Assembly: GCA_045540275.1 (NCBI GenBank)
Contig: JAZQGX010000235.1
Coordinates: 7,610-71,609 of the forward strand
Direction: 5' to 3'
Origin: Kiritimatiellia bacterium
GTDB lineage: Bacteria; Verrucomicrobiota; Kiritimatiellia; RFP12; UBA1067
Length of the DNA stretch: 64,000 bases
How positions within the stretch are numbered: position 1 is the first letter of the stretch; each line of letters begins with the position of its first letter. Of this stretch, positions 49,410 to 57,524 are shown piece by piece. The notes beneath the pieces were generated by a model that did not search any database, was not told the DNA's origin, and saw nothing but the letters and a program-made list of their open reading frames with translations. Both the position numbers and the translations under genes were made by a program.

Positions 49410-50363
49410 TTAGGGTCTGTCCCCAATTGTTCCGGCCAAAATCTGTAGCAAAGCATCTTTTAGCTGATTTACTCGGCGCTCCCTATTAGAAGTACGATAA
49501 CCTTTAATGCAGATCAATCGTCCGCCATAATCATTGCCATCGTCCCAGACGGGCGCACCGTCTGTGGTGATAACACGTTTGCCGCGCTCCAGCGCTTCTG
49601 CAACCACTAACCCAAAATTCTCGCTCAACGTCGGCAACACCAGCACATCACACCAATCCCAAGCCTCTTCTTTTTCCGCTTCGCTCACCACCCCGCAGAA
49701 CTTCACATTCAATTCATGCTCCTTCGCCATCTGCCGAAGTTTACCCCCCTCTCCCTCATCCTTGCCAATGACTTTCAGTTCCAATCTCTGCGTCTCTGCA
49801 CCTCTGCGTCTCTGCGTTAAAAAACATCTCATCGCTTCAAGCAAAAATTCCACGCCCTTCAAAGGATGCAACCTGCCGATAAAAAGCAACCGCAAAGGAT
49901 TGTGCACACTCTTCAGCGGCATATCCAACGCTCCGTCCCCAAGCGAGAGCATCTCAACCGTTTTGACCTTCAGCTCAAACTTCCGCACCCACTCGACTTC
50001 ATCATCGCAAGTCGCCACAACCCGATCTGCTCTCCCGAAAAGCCAGCGCTCAATTGGCGTCACCCACATTTTTTTCCACCAGCGATGCCGCCGTTTAACC
50101 GGATCCATGCAACCATGCGGCATTCGAACAAGCGTTTTCTTAAGCCGCAATGCCGTCCATGCCGCCCTCATCACACCCGGCGTCCACATGGAATGCACCC
50201 ACACCTCATCTGCAGCAGCAATCTGCCGTTGTGTCCACGCCTTGAAATCGACACACTCTACACTCTTCCCGCTCGCGATCTGCCGCCGTGCCACCATTTT
50301 CGCCGCAACTGCGATTCCGCACGTCGGATCATCAAGCCCCGGAACTATATGAAGTATTTTCAT
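49410..50363 (-). CDS. Glycosyltransferase family 4
   Basis: MKILHIV, FIGRLHPLKG, ENFGLVVAEAL. Confidence 0.9.
   Translation of the reverse strand: MKILHIVPGLDDPTCGIAVAAKMVARRQIASGKSVECVDFKAWTQRQIAAADEVWVHSMWTPGVMRAAWTALRLKKTLVRMPHGCMDPVKRRHRWWKKMWVTPIERWLFGRADRVVATCDDEVEWVRKFELKVKTVEMLSLGDGALDMPLKSVHNPLRLLFIGRLHPLKGVEFLLEAMRCFLTQRRRGAETQRLELKVIGKDEGEGGKLRQMAKEHELNVKFCGVVSEAEKEEAWDWCDVLVLPTLSENFGLVVAEALERGKRVITTDGAPVWDDGNDYGGRLICIKGYRTSNRERRVNQLKDALLQILAGTIGDRP
49411..49424 (+). repeat. REP-like motif 5' of the transposase
   Basis: TAGGGTCTGTCCCC, inverted relative to 48337-48349; encodes the last codons (GDRP*) of the GT gene. Confidence 0.9.
49786..49824 (+). repeat. 4x CTCTGCNN 8-mer array plus TAAAAAA, in frame in the GT4
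   Basis: CTCTGCGT-CTCTGCAC-CTCTGCGT-CTCTGCGT-TAAAAAA, translating as FLTQRRRGAETQR. Confidence 0.9.
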
Positions 50364-51190
50364 CGGAAAAAATTATAACCAATTAATCCAATCCACTCGT
50401 GAACTGCGATTGAATTTTTAAGTAATGCCTCAGCATTAGGCATAAAATCATAAAGCCCTAAAGATCGGTACCTCATAATCGAATACTCAAAATCAGCCGG
50501 TGCGCAAACTACTTCCACGTCAGGCGCATACTTTTCAAACATCAACCTCGCGCGCTTCATGTGCCATGCACTCGTCACTAGCAATATTTTCGATTTTGAG
50601 GCGGAATGATCTTTGATTGGATTGGCACACGATTCGTTTTTAACGACTTCCCCACCCATCGACTTGCCCGAACGTAATAACTGTTTTCGAACCACCTTGG
50701 CTTCTTCCTCGGTATTTCTTGCCTCTAAAAACACCACTTTCTTCTCTTCCACTCCGAAATCCATCAAAACACCGAGCGTGCTATCTTTAGGATTAAAACC
50801 GGTTGAAATAATTATTGGTGCCTTTCCTGCCTTCCAAAGTCGTGCAGCCTGCCAAACCCTATCGGCATTTGACGACATCTCACCATATGGACTTAATTCA
50901 ACATTTCTTCCCATCCCGCCGCCGAGCAAAACTATTGCATCAGCCTTTGAGAAATTCTCTACTGACGGCACCCGGCCATCAACAAGAAATTCACTTTCCA
51001 ACGGGATGCCAAATAGAACCCTCATTATCGGCATTGAAAATAAAACAAGGCATACAACACTGCTGAATACAAAAAACAAACCGAGACGTAACCGTCCCTT
51101 CCAGACAGAATAAAAACCAATTGATAACGCTATTAATATCAACATCAATGGACTTGATAAAAAACCCACAAATTTATTTAAATAATACAT
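50360..51190 (-). CDS. YdcF/ElyC (DUF218) family protein
   Basis: N-terminal TMs; IVLLGGG, ISTG, EARNTEEEA, LVTSAWHMKRA, HEWIG. Confidence 0.88.
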   Translation of the reverse strand: MYYLNKFVGFLSSPLMLILIALSIGFYSVWKGRLRLGLFFVFSSVVCLVLFSMPIMRVLFGIPLESEFLVDGRVPSVENFSKADAIVLLGGGMGRNVELSPYGEMSSNADRVWQAARLWKAGKAPIIISTGFNPKDSTLGVLMDFGVEEKKVVFLEARNTEEEAKVVRKQLLRSGKSMGGEVVKNESCANPIKDHSASKSKILLVTSAWHMKRARLMFEKYAPDVEVVCAPADFEYSIMRYRSLGLYDFMPNAEALLKNSIAVHEWIGLIGYNFFR

Positions 51191-51378
51191 TATTCTCCCT
51201 TTACGAAGTGATTAATTTAAGTCTCATCTCTTGTAAAATTGACAATCAATAAACAATCATATGATTCAATGTTCGGATTTCATAAATAAGCATTGAAAAA
51301 AATTAAAATAAAAGCGCCTTGTGTTTCAATAGTCAATTTTTCTAATACTAGATATGGTCAATTCATTTTCTAAAATAA

Positions 51379-52734
51379 TTACCTCTTGTTGCGTTTGTAT
51401 AATGTGTAAATGCCAGTTTTTGATGCTGCGTGATAATACATTGGAATTGATTTACTAGCCCAGGACATATCAAGAAGAGCATTTTTGTCAAATGTACCAG
51501 CAGGGACAATAATATATTCACTTTTGCCACATTTAATATCATTAAGCATACAATCTCTATACGCAGAAGATGCAACTGATATGGTTCCTTGAAATGGGAA
51601 TCGTGTTGGAGTTTGCGCATTTAGATAAAGATATACTAAGCAATCGCATCCCATAACAGTTACCGAATTAAAGTCTGTAATTTTAGATTTTAATTCGTTC
51701 ATGGCCAATATCTTATCATCGTTATTGTGACACAGATTACGTTGCATTATCGCGATTATTAAAATTGATACTGCCACCGTAGTAGCAATGTGACGTAGCA
51801 ATTTATTCAGCTTGCAGTACAGAAGAGACAAAGGCAAAATGCATGCAGGTAAAATTGGACCATAGTATCTAAAAGTGCCCCCTGATAAAATCACCATCGC
51901 CCAAGCAATAAAAAAATACATCAAATTAAGTTGTATAATCGATTTAAGCTTTTTAGAACCATCGTAAAAAAAATATTGATAAACCGCAACAAAAAATATA
52001 AATGCAACAATAAAAAATCCGCGATTTATTTCTGGTAGCAAATTCAAACTCCCAGAATATATTTTATTATAAACTATATATACCTCCCAGAATGAATACA
52101 AGGCATCATTCACCCAAAAATATAACATAATAGGCGCAAAAACGAGCATAAAACCAATTATAAGGCCTATTAAAGCTTTAGTTTTATTTTGTCGCCATAA
52201 CCAACACAACCCAATGGGACAAGCAACTGTAATCATATTCAGTTTTAGCATGAAAATTGCACCTACGCATAAACCCATAACGATGCAATCTAACATAGAC
52301 CAAGCATTCTCTTGTATACAAATCAGATATGAAATTAAAGCAAACACAATTATATACATTTCTGGCATGTTCCCACCGCATGCTAATAGGTGATAAATAG
52401 CAGAGATAGGAAAGATTACACTAATCGCTATATCCGCACTAACATACCTACGCGCCAATTTATAAGTAAGATACATTGCTAAGAGAAATATAAAGCTATC
52501 TAAAATAAAGATTCCCAAAAATGATGTTGGTGAAATCAGCCACCCCAATGCATCTATAAAATATATTAATGGGCCTTTATGATCAAAAACATGTAGATAT
52601 GGGACTAATCCATTGTTTAACATGCGGGCAACATACAAAAAAATTGAACTGTCCGTCCCTGCAGTATTTAAATAAGGATTAGAAAGAAATCCGAAACAGG
52701 CAAAAACCAAAAGAAAATAAATAAAAATACGCAT
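51379..52734 (-). CDS. Polytopic GT-C (ArnT/PMT-like) membrane glycosyltransferase
   Basis: TDSSIF, PYLHVFDHKGPLIY, many TMs; very AT-rich. Confidence 0.72.
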   Translation of the reverse strand: MRIFIYFLLVFACFGFLSNPYLNTAGTDSSIFLYVARMLNNGLVPYLHVFDHKGPLIYFIDALGWLISPTSFLGIFILDSFIFLLAMYLTYKLARRYVSADIAISVIFPISAIYHLLACGGNMPEMYIIVFALISYLICIQENAWSMLDCIVMGLCVGAIFMLKLNMITVACPIGLCWLWRQNKTKALIGLIIGFMLVFAPIMLYFWVNDALYSFWEVYIVYNKIYSGSLNLLPEINRGFFIVAFIFFVAVYQYFFYDGSKKLKSIIQLNLMYFFIAWAMVILSGGTFRYYGPILPACILPLSLLYCKLNKLLRHIATTVAVSILIIAIMQRNLCHNNDDKILAMNELKSKITDFNSVTVMGCDCLVYLYLNAQTPTRFPFQGTISVASSAYRDCMLNDIKCGKSEYIIVPAGTFDKNALLDMSWASKSIPMYYHAASKTGIYTLYKRNKR

Positions 52735-52740
52735 AACAAA

Positions 52741-53988
52741 TCAAACATTAAGCCTAATGGTGTCTGGAACTAGCGGATCAAAGACTTCATTTGCCCACAT
52801 AACCGTCACCATGTCCGTATCGCCTACATTGACAATGTTGTGCGTGTAACCTGGCGGAATGCGCACGATTTCCAGCTTCTCCCCACTCACCTTGTAGGAG
52901 ATTATAGGCGCATTAGGATTATCCGCCATGCGAAAATTGATTTCCCCCTTGCCGCTCACAACAAGGAACTTCTCATGCTTCGTGTGATGCCAATGCTGCC
53001 CCTTGGTTATCCCGGGCTTCGAAACGTTCACGCTCACCTGCCCGCGCTCGGCGGAATGAAGCACCTCGGTGAAGCTACCGCGATTATCGCAATGCATTGT
53101 GAGCGGATAGCTAAATTTATCTTCCGGCAGCGCGGCAAGGTAGGTTGAGTAGAGTTTCTTGGTGAAACCATCCATCTGATCCGGCACCATCAGCGTATTC
53201 GGCTCATCATGAAAACTCTTTATCAGATCCACTATCTCCCCCAAAGTCTTCGTGTAGGAAGGCGACACGGAGAAAATAGTGCTGTTTTTTAACGCAGAGT
53301 GGCAGAGTGGCAGAGTGACAGAGCCTATATATTCCCTCTGCTTCCCCGCTTCTCCGCTACTCTGCGTTAAACCATCCCCACAATCCTGTCCGGAACCTAA
53401 AACGCGCAACCCGAAACCCTCATCCAACTTACAACTCTCAACTTTCCCAACAAAACTCCTCACCACATCATCAATATACACCAGTGTCACCGTCGCTTCA
53501 GTATCTCTTACCATAATCGGCAGATCCCGTGCGATATTGTAAACCCAAGTCGCAACAGCACTGTTGTAATTCGGCCTACACCATTTGCCGAACACATTAG
53601 CGAGTCTATACACATACACCGGCGCGCCGGTCTTCTCGCCATACGCCGTTACAGCGTCCTCAGCAGCCTTCTTGCTCTTACCGTAATCGTTATCAAGAGC
53701 GGCTTGAATGCTCGAACTTAAGAGTACCGGCGGCGGATTGCTCCTTGCCGCCAACTTCTCAAGAATATCCTCAGTGAAAACAGCATTCCCAGTCTGGAAC
53801 TCTGCCGGATCCTTCGGACGGTTCACTCCGGCCAAGTGCATCACGAAATCGCATTCAGCAATATAGGCGTCAAGTTTCGCCTCATCGCCGAGGTCGTATT
53901 TCAGCACCTCAATATCAGGCATCTGTTCCAGCGTCAGGCACAAATTCCGCCCGACAAACCCCTTTGCCCCTGTTACGAGTATTTTCAT
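52741..53988 (-). CDS. wbjC: UDP-2-acetamido-2,6-dideoxy-beta-L-lyxo-4-hexulose reductase (FnlB/CapF/WbjC) with repeat-derived insertion
   Basis: TGAKGFVG, HLAGVNRP, SSSIQA, YGKSK, FGKWCRPNYNS; C-terminal cupin DNRGSF, KGQHWHHTK, PPGYTH. Confidence 0.92.
   Translation of the reverse strand: MKILVTGAKGFVGRNLCLTLEQMPDIEVLKYDLGDEAKLDAYIAECDFVMHLAGVNRPKDPAEFQTGNAVFTEDILEKLAARSNPPPVLLSSSIQAALDNDYGKSKKAAEDAVTAYGEKTGAPVYVYRLANVFGKWCRPNYNSAVATWVYNIARDLPIMVRDTEATVTLVYIDDVVRSFVGKVESCKLDEGFGLRVLGSGQDCGDGLTQSSGEAGKQREYIGSVTLPLCHSALKNSTIFSVSPSYTKTLGEIVDLIKSFHDEPNTLMVPDQMDGFTKKLYSTYLAALPEDKFSYPLTMHCDNRGSFTEVLHSAERGQVSVNVSKPGITKGQHWHHTKHEKFLVVSGKGEINFRMADNPNAPIISYKVSGEKLEIVRIPPGYTHNIVNVGDTDMVTVMWANEVFDPLVPDTIRLNV
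53285..53446. repeat. Composite repeat insert inside wbjC: 8-mer-arm palindrome plus 9-mer and 7-mer units
   Basis: Left arm TTTTTTAACGCAGAG-TGGCAGAG-TGGCAGAG-TGACAGAG (53285-53323); 12-nt spacer; right arm CTCTGCTT-CCCCGCTT-CTCCGCTA-CTCTGCGT-TAAA (53336-53371); AATCCTGTCC at 53382; AACTTAC-AACTCTC-AACTTTC at 53426-53446. Confidence 0.88.
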
Positions 53989-54004
53989 AGTTTTTATCGT
54001 TTTG

Positions 54005-54061
54005 GACATGATTAACAAGATTTACAAGATTCATAATCCCGTTAATCCTGTAAATCCTGTC
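54005..54061. repeat. Palindrome built of 3+3 9-mer tandem units
   Basis: GACATGATT-AACAAGATT-TACAAGATT-cat-AATCCCGTT-AATCCTGTA-AATCCTGTC between wbjD and wbjC. Confidence 0.9.
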
Positions 54062-55190
54062 AAAAAGTCTCACCCCAAACCCGGCGTTTGATGTAATCAG
54101 TATAAGAGATTATTATGCGGACGACCTTCTCGCTTACATCGGGCATGGAATAGTCATACACCTTCCGGCAGGGCTTCGCGACATCCAGATGCTTAAGCGC
54201 CTGAAGAATGCGCTCCTTGTTCTGCCCGACCATCATCACCGCCGCCTCTTCCATCGCTTCCGGACGCTCATGCGCCTCACGCAGATTAAGCGCCTTGAAA
54301 CCAAGAATGCTCGACTCCTCGCTGATCGTTCCTGAATCGCTCAAGACCGCCTTTGCGTTCAGCTGCAGCGCCAGATACTCCGTAAGTCCCATCGGCTTCA
54401 TGAGCTTTACGAGCTTATCGAACTTGACTCCTTTCGTTTCAATCATCTTGCGCGTACGCGGATGTGTCGAAACGATGATTGGGAGCTTATATGCCGCTGC
54501 AATCTCATTTAGACATTCCACCAGATTCAAAAAGTGGCGTTCATCGGCAATGTTCTCTTCGCGATGCGCACTCACCACAAAATACTTGCCTTTGACTACC
54601 TTCATCGCCTTTAGAACCTTCGCCGCATTGCGCTTCACTTTCGGCATTTGCTCGGTGAGAACCTCCAGCATCGGCGAACCAGTCTTGATGACCTGATCTG
54701 GGGGCAGACCTTCCTTCAAAAGATATTCACGCGCAATGCTCGAATAGCACAAATTGATGTCGCTGATGTGGTCGACAATCTTGCGGTTCGTTTCTTCCGG
54801 GACACGCTGATCGAAGCAGCGGTTTCCCGCCTCCATGTGGAATACCGGGATATGACGCTTCTTCGCCGCGATTGCACAAAGACAGCTGTTCGTATCGCCA
54901 AGTACCAGAAATGCTTCCGGCTTCGTCTCTTCAAGAACTGGGTCGATCGCTTCAAGAATCTTCCCGGCCGTCACCGTGGCATTGCCACCAGCGGCGTTAA
55001 GGAAGTAGTCGGGCTTCCTTAGACCAAGATCTTTGAAGAATACCTCGTTCAGTTCGTAGTCGTAGTTCTGTCCAGTATGCACAAGCACATGCTCAACGGC
55101 TGGACTCGCATCGAGTTTCTTCATCACACACGCAAGCCTGATTATCTCAGGCCGCGTACCGACAACTGTCATCACTTTCAACTTTTTCAT
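54060..55190 (-). CDS. wbjD: UDP-N-acetylhexosamine 2-epimerase (FnlC/CapG/WbjD)
   Basis: VVGTRPEIIR, HTGQNYD, LGDTNS, HMEAGNR, PEETNR, SDSGT, ERPEA. Confidence 0.93.
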   Translation of the reverse strand: MKKLKVMTVVGTRPEIIRLACVMKKLDASPAVEHVLVHTGQNYDYELNEVFFKDLGLRKPDYFLNAAGGNATVTAGKILEAIDPVLEETKPEAFLVLGDTNSCLCAIAAKKRHIPVFHMEAGNRCFDQRVPEETNRKIVDHISDINLCYSSIAREYLLKEGLPPDQVIKTGSPMLEVLTEQMPKVKRNAAKVLKAMKVVKGKYFVVSAHREENIADERHFLNLVECLNEIAAAYKLPIIVSTHPRTRKMIETKGVKFDKLVKLMKPMGLTEYLALQLNAKAVLSDSGTISEESSILGFKALNLREAHERPEAMEEAAVMMVGQNKERILQALKHLDVAKPCRKVYDYSMPDVSEKVVRIIISYTDYIKRRVWGETF

Positions 55191-55196
55191 AAAATC

Positions 55197-55269
55197 AATC
55201 CTTTTGATCTTAGTAATCCTGTAAATCTTGTTAATCCTGTCCACTCGGAACTTACAACTTACAACTCTC
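55197..55269 (+). repeat. 9-mer array followed by 7-mer array at a gene junction
   Basis: AATCCTTTT-GATCTTAGT-AATCCTGTA-AATCTTGTT-AATCCTGTC (55197-55241); AACTTAC-AACTTAC-AACTCTC (55249-55269). Confidence 0.85.
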
Positions 55270-55654
55270 TCCTGAAATCATCATTTTCAAATTCCCCGAC
55301 CTTACAATCGGAGAATACCATAACTTCAGCATTTCCATCCTGCACAATCTTGAACCAATTTCCCGGCGACACTTTTAAAACGCATGGTCTCTCTGCATCA
55401 AGCACAAACTCCTCTGCACCTCTGCTACTCTGCAACTCTGCGTTAAAACTCTCAATGACAATAACCGTCCTTCCGCTCAACGGGAAAAACCACTTCGTCT
55501 CTTTCTTATGCCCGATCCATCCCCGCACCGGCTGTTCTGCGCTGTTGGAGATGGTGTAGAACCGCTTCACTGCCGACATATCAAAGTCGTTGCAGAACCG
55601 CAATGCACCACGCACATCTGTATGCAGCCCACCTTGTATCAACATTGGATTCAT
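55259..55654 (-). CDS. WxcM/RmlC-like cupin (sugar epimerase/isomerase)
   Basis: GGLHTDVRGAL, VKRFY, RGWIGHKKETKWF, PGNW. Confidence 0.8.
   Translation of the reverse strand: MNPMLIQGGLHTDVRGALRFCNDFDMSAVKRFYTISNSAEQPVRGWIGHKKETKWFFPLSGRTVIVIESFNAELQSSRGAEEFVLDAERPCVLKVSPGNWFKIVQDGNAEVMVFSDCKVGEFENDDFRREL
55412..55448 (+). repeat. 4x CTCTGCNN 8-mer array in frame in the cupin
   Basis: CTCTGCAC-CTCTGCTA-CTCTGCAA-CTCTGCGT-TAAAA, translating as FNAELQSSRGAE. Confidence 0.9.
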
Positions 55655-55661
55655 AGTTTTA

Positions 55662-55836
55662 TTTTTAACGCGGAGTGGCAGAGAAATTAAGAACTGACGG
55701 ACTCTTCATGTCCCATGCAAACTTTAACCAATATCTATCAATATTAAAACCTCTGCTACTCCGCACCTCCGCTACTCTGCGTTAAAAAATCCCACCCCAA
55801 AAAAACTCTGCCTCTCCGTACCTGTGTGTTTAAAAA
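55662..55836. repeat. Intergenic 8-mer-arm palindrome plus an extra degenerate arm
   Basis: TTTTTAACGCGGAG-TGGCAGAG (55662-55683) ... CTCTGCTA-CTCCGCAC-CTCCGCTA-CTCTGCGT-TAAAAAA (55751-55789); degenerate arm at 55806-55836. Confidence 0.85.
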
Positions 55837-55879
55837 CACACAGTTCATAACAATTCTACGTCCTTTCCCCACGCGGTTG

Positions 55880-57205
55880 CTACATATCTTCAATTGATAA
55901 CCCTGACAAATTCATCGCCATACCGCTCTTTTCGGGATGCTTCTTGAAGAACGCTATTGTTTTTTCCCGCAGTCGCGCCTCGTCATAACGTTCACCTGAA
56001 AGTTTCACTTCATAAAAATCCAATACCCCCTCAAACTCATTTTCGCACACCAAATCTATTTCATTCTCACCCTTACGATCCCACCAACTGCCGATTCGCG
56101 TATATCGTCCCTCCTCGAAAAACTTCGCCTTGAAATATTGCTCAAGAGCCCGCCCGGCAAAAACATCAAAATCGCGTTCAATAATTTTCTGGAATTGCAC
56201 CATCTGCCTCTGCTCGACAAGGTGTAGATACTTATAGACAAATCTAAACCAAAATCTGAAAAAGCAATCATTTATTCCATAAAGACAATTTCTGGTCGTA
56301 ACCTGCTCATAAATTGGATGCGTCTTTGAAATATAACCATATGAAGACTCAAGCTTTGTCAAATGTCCTCCAATTTCAGTTCCAATAATATTTCTAATTT
56401 CAGCGAATGACGTCTTACCCGCCGCGATAGAGGTTAATATTGAAAAATATGTACCATAATCCTTTCCAAACTCATCACTTAAAATGACGCGTCCTTCGTC
56501 AATATACGATGAACTTGGCGAACATACATACTTAATCATATCTGCTTTAGTAAACGACTTAGCGTCCATCAGCAATTCCACATAGCGCGCAACACCTCCA
56601 CTAAGTGTCCAAAGAGCCAATAAATCCCGGTTGACAACGCATCCCGCACATTCCTCAAGCACCTGCTTCATGACTTTCACAGGGAAAGGTTCTATATGCA
56701 ACTTCGCGGTATTCCTGCCGTAAAGGGGTTGGGAATCGTCAAAAAAGATTTTCGTCATCAATCTATTTACGCTACCGCAAACAACCAAATTAAGGCGGCT
56801 CTTCTTATGATAGCGATCCCAAACAGACTGTATCTCTCCAAAAATCCCAGAATTTATCCTATCAAATTCCTGAAATTCATCAATCACAAGTGTCAACGGT
56901 TTTGTAACGGAATAAGCCATTATAATCTCAAACAGTTGACCAAATCGCTCCGCGTTACCTAATATGGGCTGATCAATAACCTTTTGAATCTCCTCTTGAA
57001 AAATTGAACACAAATCTTTTTCTGTACGGCGAGAAACAAAAAGATACAAATAAGATCCTACACCATCATTAAGCGCCTTGTCAACAAGCTCTGTTTTCCC
57101 AATACGCCGCCGCCCCGTCACAACAGTAAATTGCGACGTTTCGCGCGAAATCTCAAGAATGCGCTTAAGTTCCGCGATTTCTATATCTCTGCCATAAAAT
57201 TTCAT
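55880..57205 (-). CDS. AAA/archaeal-type ATPase with C-terminal DUF234 PD-(D/E)xK-like domain
   Basis: FYGRDIE, GRRRIGKT, IDEFQE, CGS, GGVARY, DCFFRFWFRF, WWDRKGENEIDLV...YEVK. Confidence 0.88.
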   Translation of the reverse strand: MKFYGRDIEIAELKRILEISRETSQFTVVTGRRRIGKTELVDKALNDGVGSYLYLFVSRRTEKDLCSIFQEEIQKVIDQPILGNAERFGQLFEIIMAYSVTKPLTLVIDEFQEFDRINSGIFGEIQSVWDRYHKKSRLNLVVCGSVNRLMTKIFFDDSQPLYGRNTAKLHIEPFPVKVMKQVLEECAGCVVNRDLLALWTLSGGVARYVELLMDAKSFTKADMIKYVCSPSSSYIDEGRVILSDEFGKDYGTYFSILTSIAAGKTSFAEIRNIIGTEIGGHLTKLESSYGYISKTHPIYEQVTTRNCLYGINDCFFRFWFRFVYKYLHLVEQRQMVQFQKIIERDFDVFAGRALEQYFKAKFFEEGRYTRIGSWWDRKGENEIDLVCENEFEGVLDFYEVKLSGERYDEARLREKTIAFFKKHPEKSGMAMNLSGLSIEDM

Positions 57206-57219
57206 ATTCGCCCCCCTTA

Positions 57220-57290
57220 TTCACAAACACTCGTTTGCCAAACATGTGTTTGTGAAGAGGTATTATATCACCATTCTATTTACACCGCAA
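57220..57290 (-). promoter_or_regulatory. Promoter (TTGCGG-17-TATAAT, TGn extended) with a downstream 37-bp inverted repeat
   Basis: Reverse complement of 57285-57290 is TTGCGG and of 57262-57267 is TATAAT; IR TTCACAAACAC...GTGTTTGTGAA at 57220-57256. Confidence 0.65.
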
Positions 57291-57482
57291 TGACCATTCC
57301 ATCAATAGTAAAATGACATATCAATCTTATCTTGTATACTTTCAGCCGCAAAAAAGGACGCATAGGGCGTGTAGTTTTTAGCCGTGTAAAACGTGGAGAA
57401 ACGTGGAGATTTTGTAATATGCTTGGGTATTGCCACACCTTTAATCATCCTTTCTTCGCCCTTAAACTTCCACTATCACATC

Positions 57483-57524
57483 CTCTGTTTCTCTGCCACT
57501 CTGCTACTCTGCGTAAAAAAAAAA
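57483..57524 (+). repeat. 4x 8-mer array immediately 3' of wbjB
   Basis: CTCTGTTT-CTCTGCCA-CTCTGCTA-CTCTGCGT-A10. Confidence 0.88.

Noticed and set aside
57389-57408. AAACGTGGAG tandem duplication
   Set aside because: Single 10-bp duplication with no other copies seen; likely slippage
49786-57524. Bona fide integron with attC sites
   Set aside because: No tyrosine-recombinase integrase in the window, arms are tandem 8-mers, and several copies lie inside CDSs; only the AAC...GTT termini resemble attC
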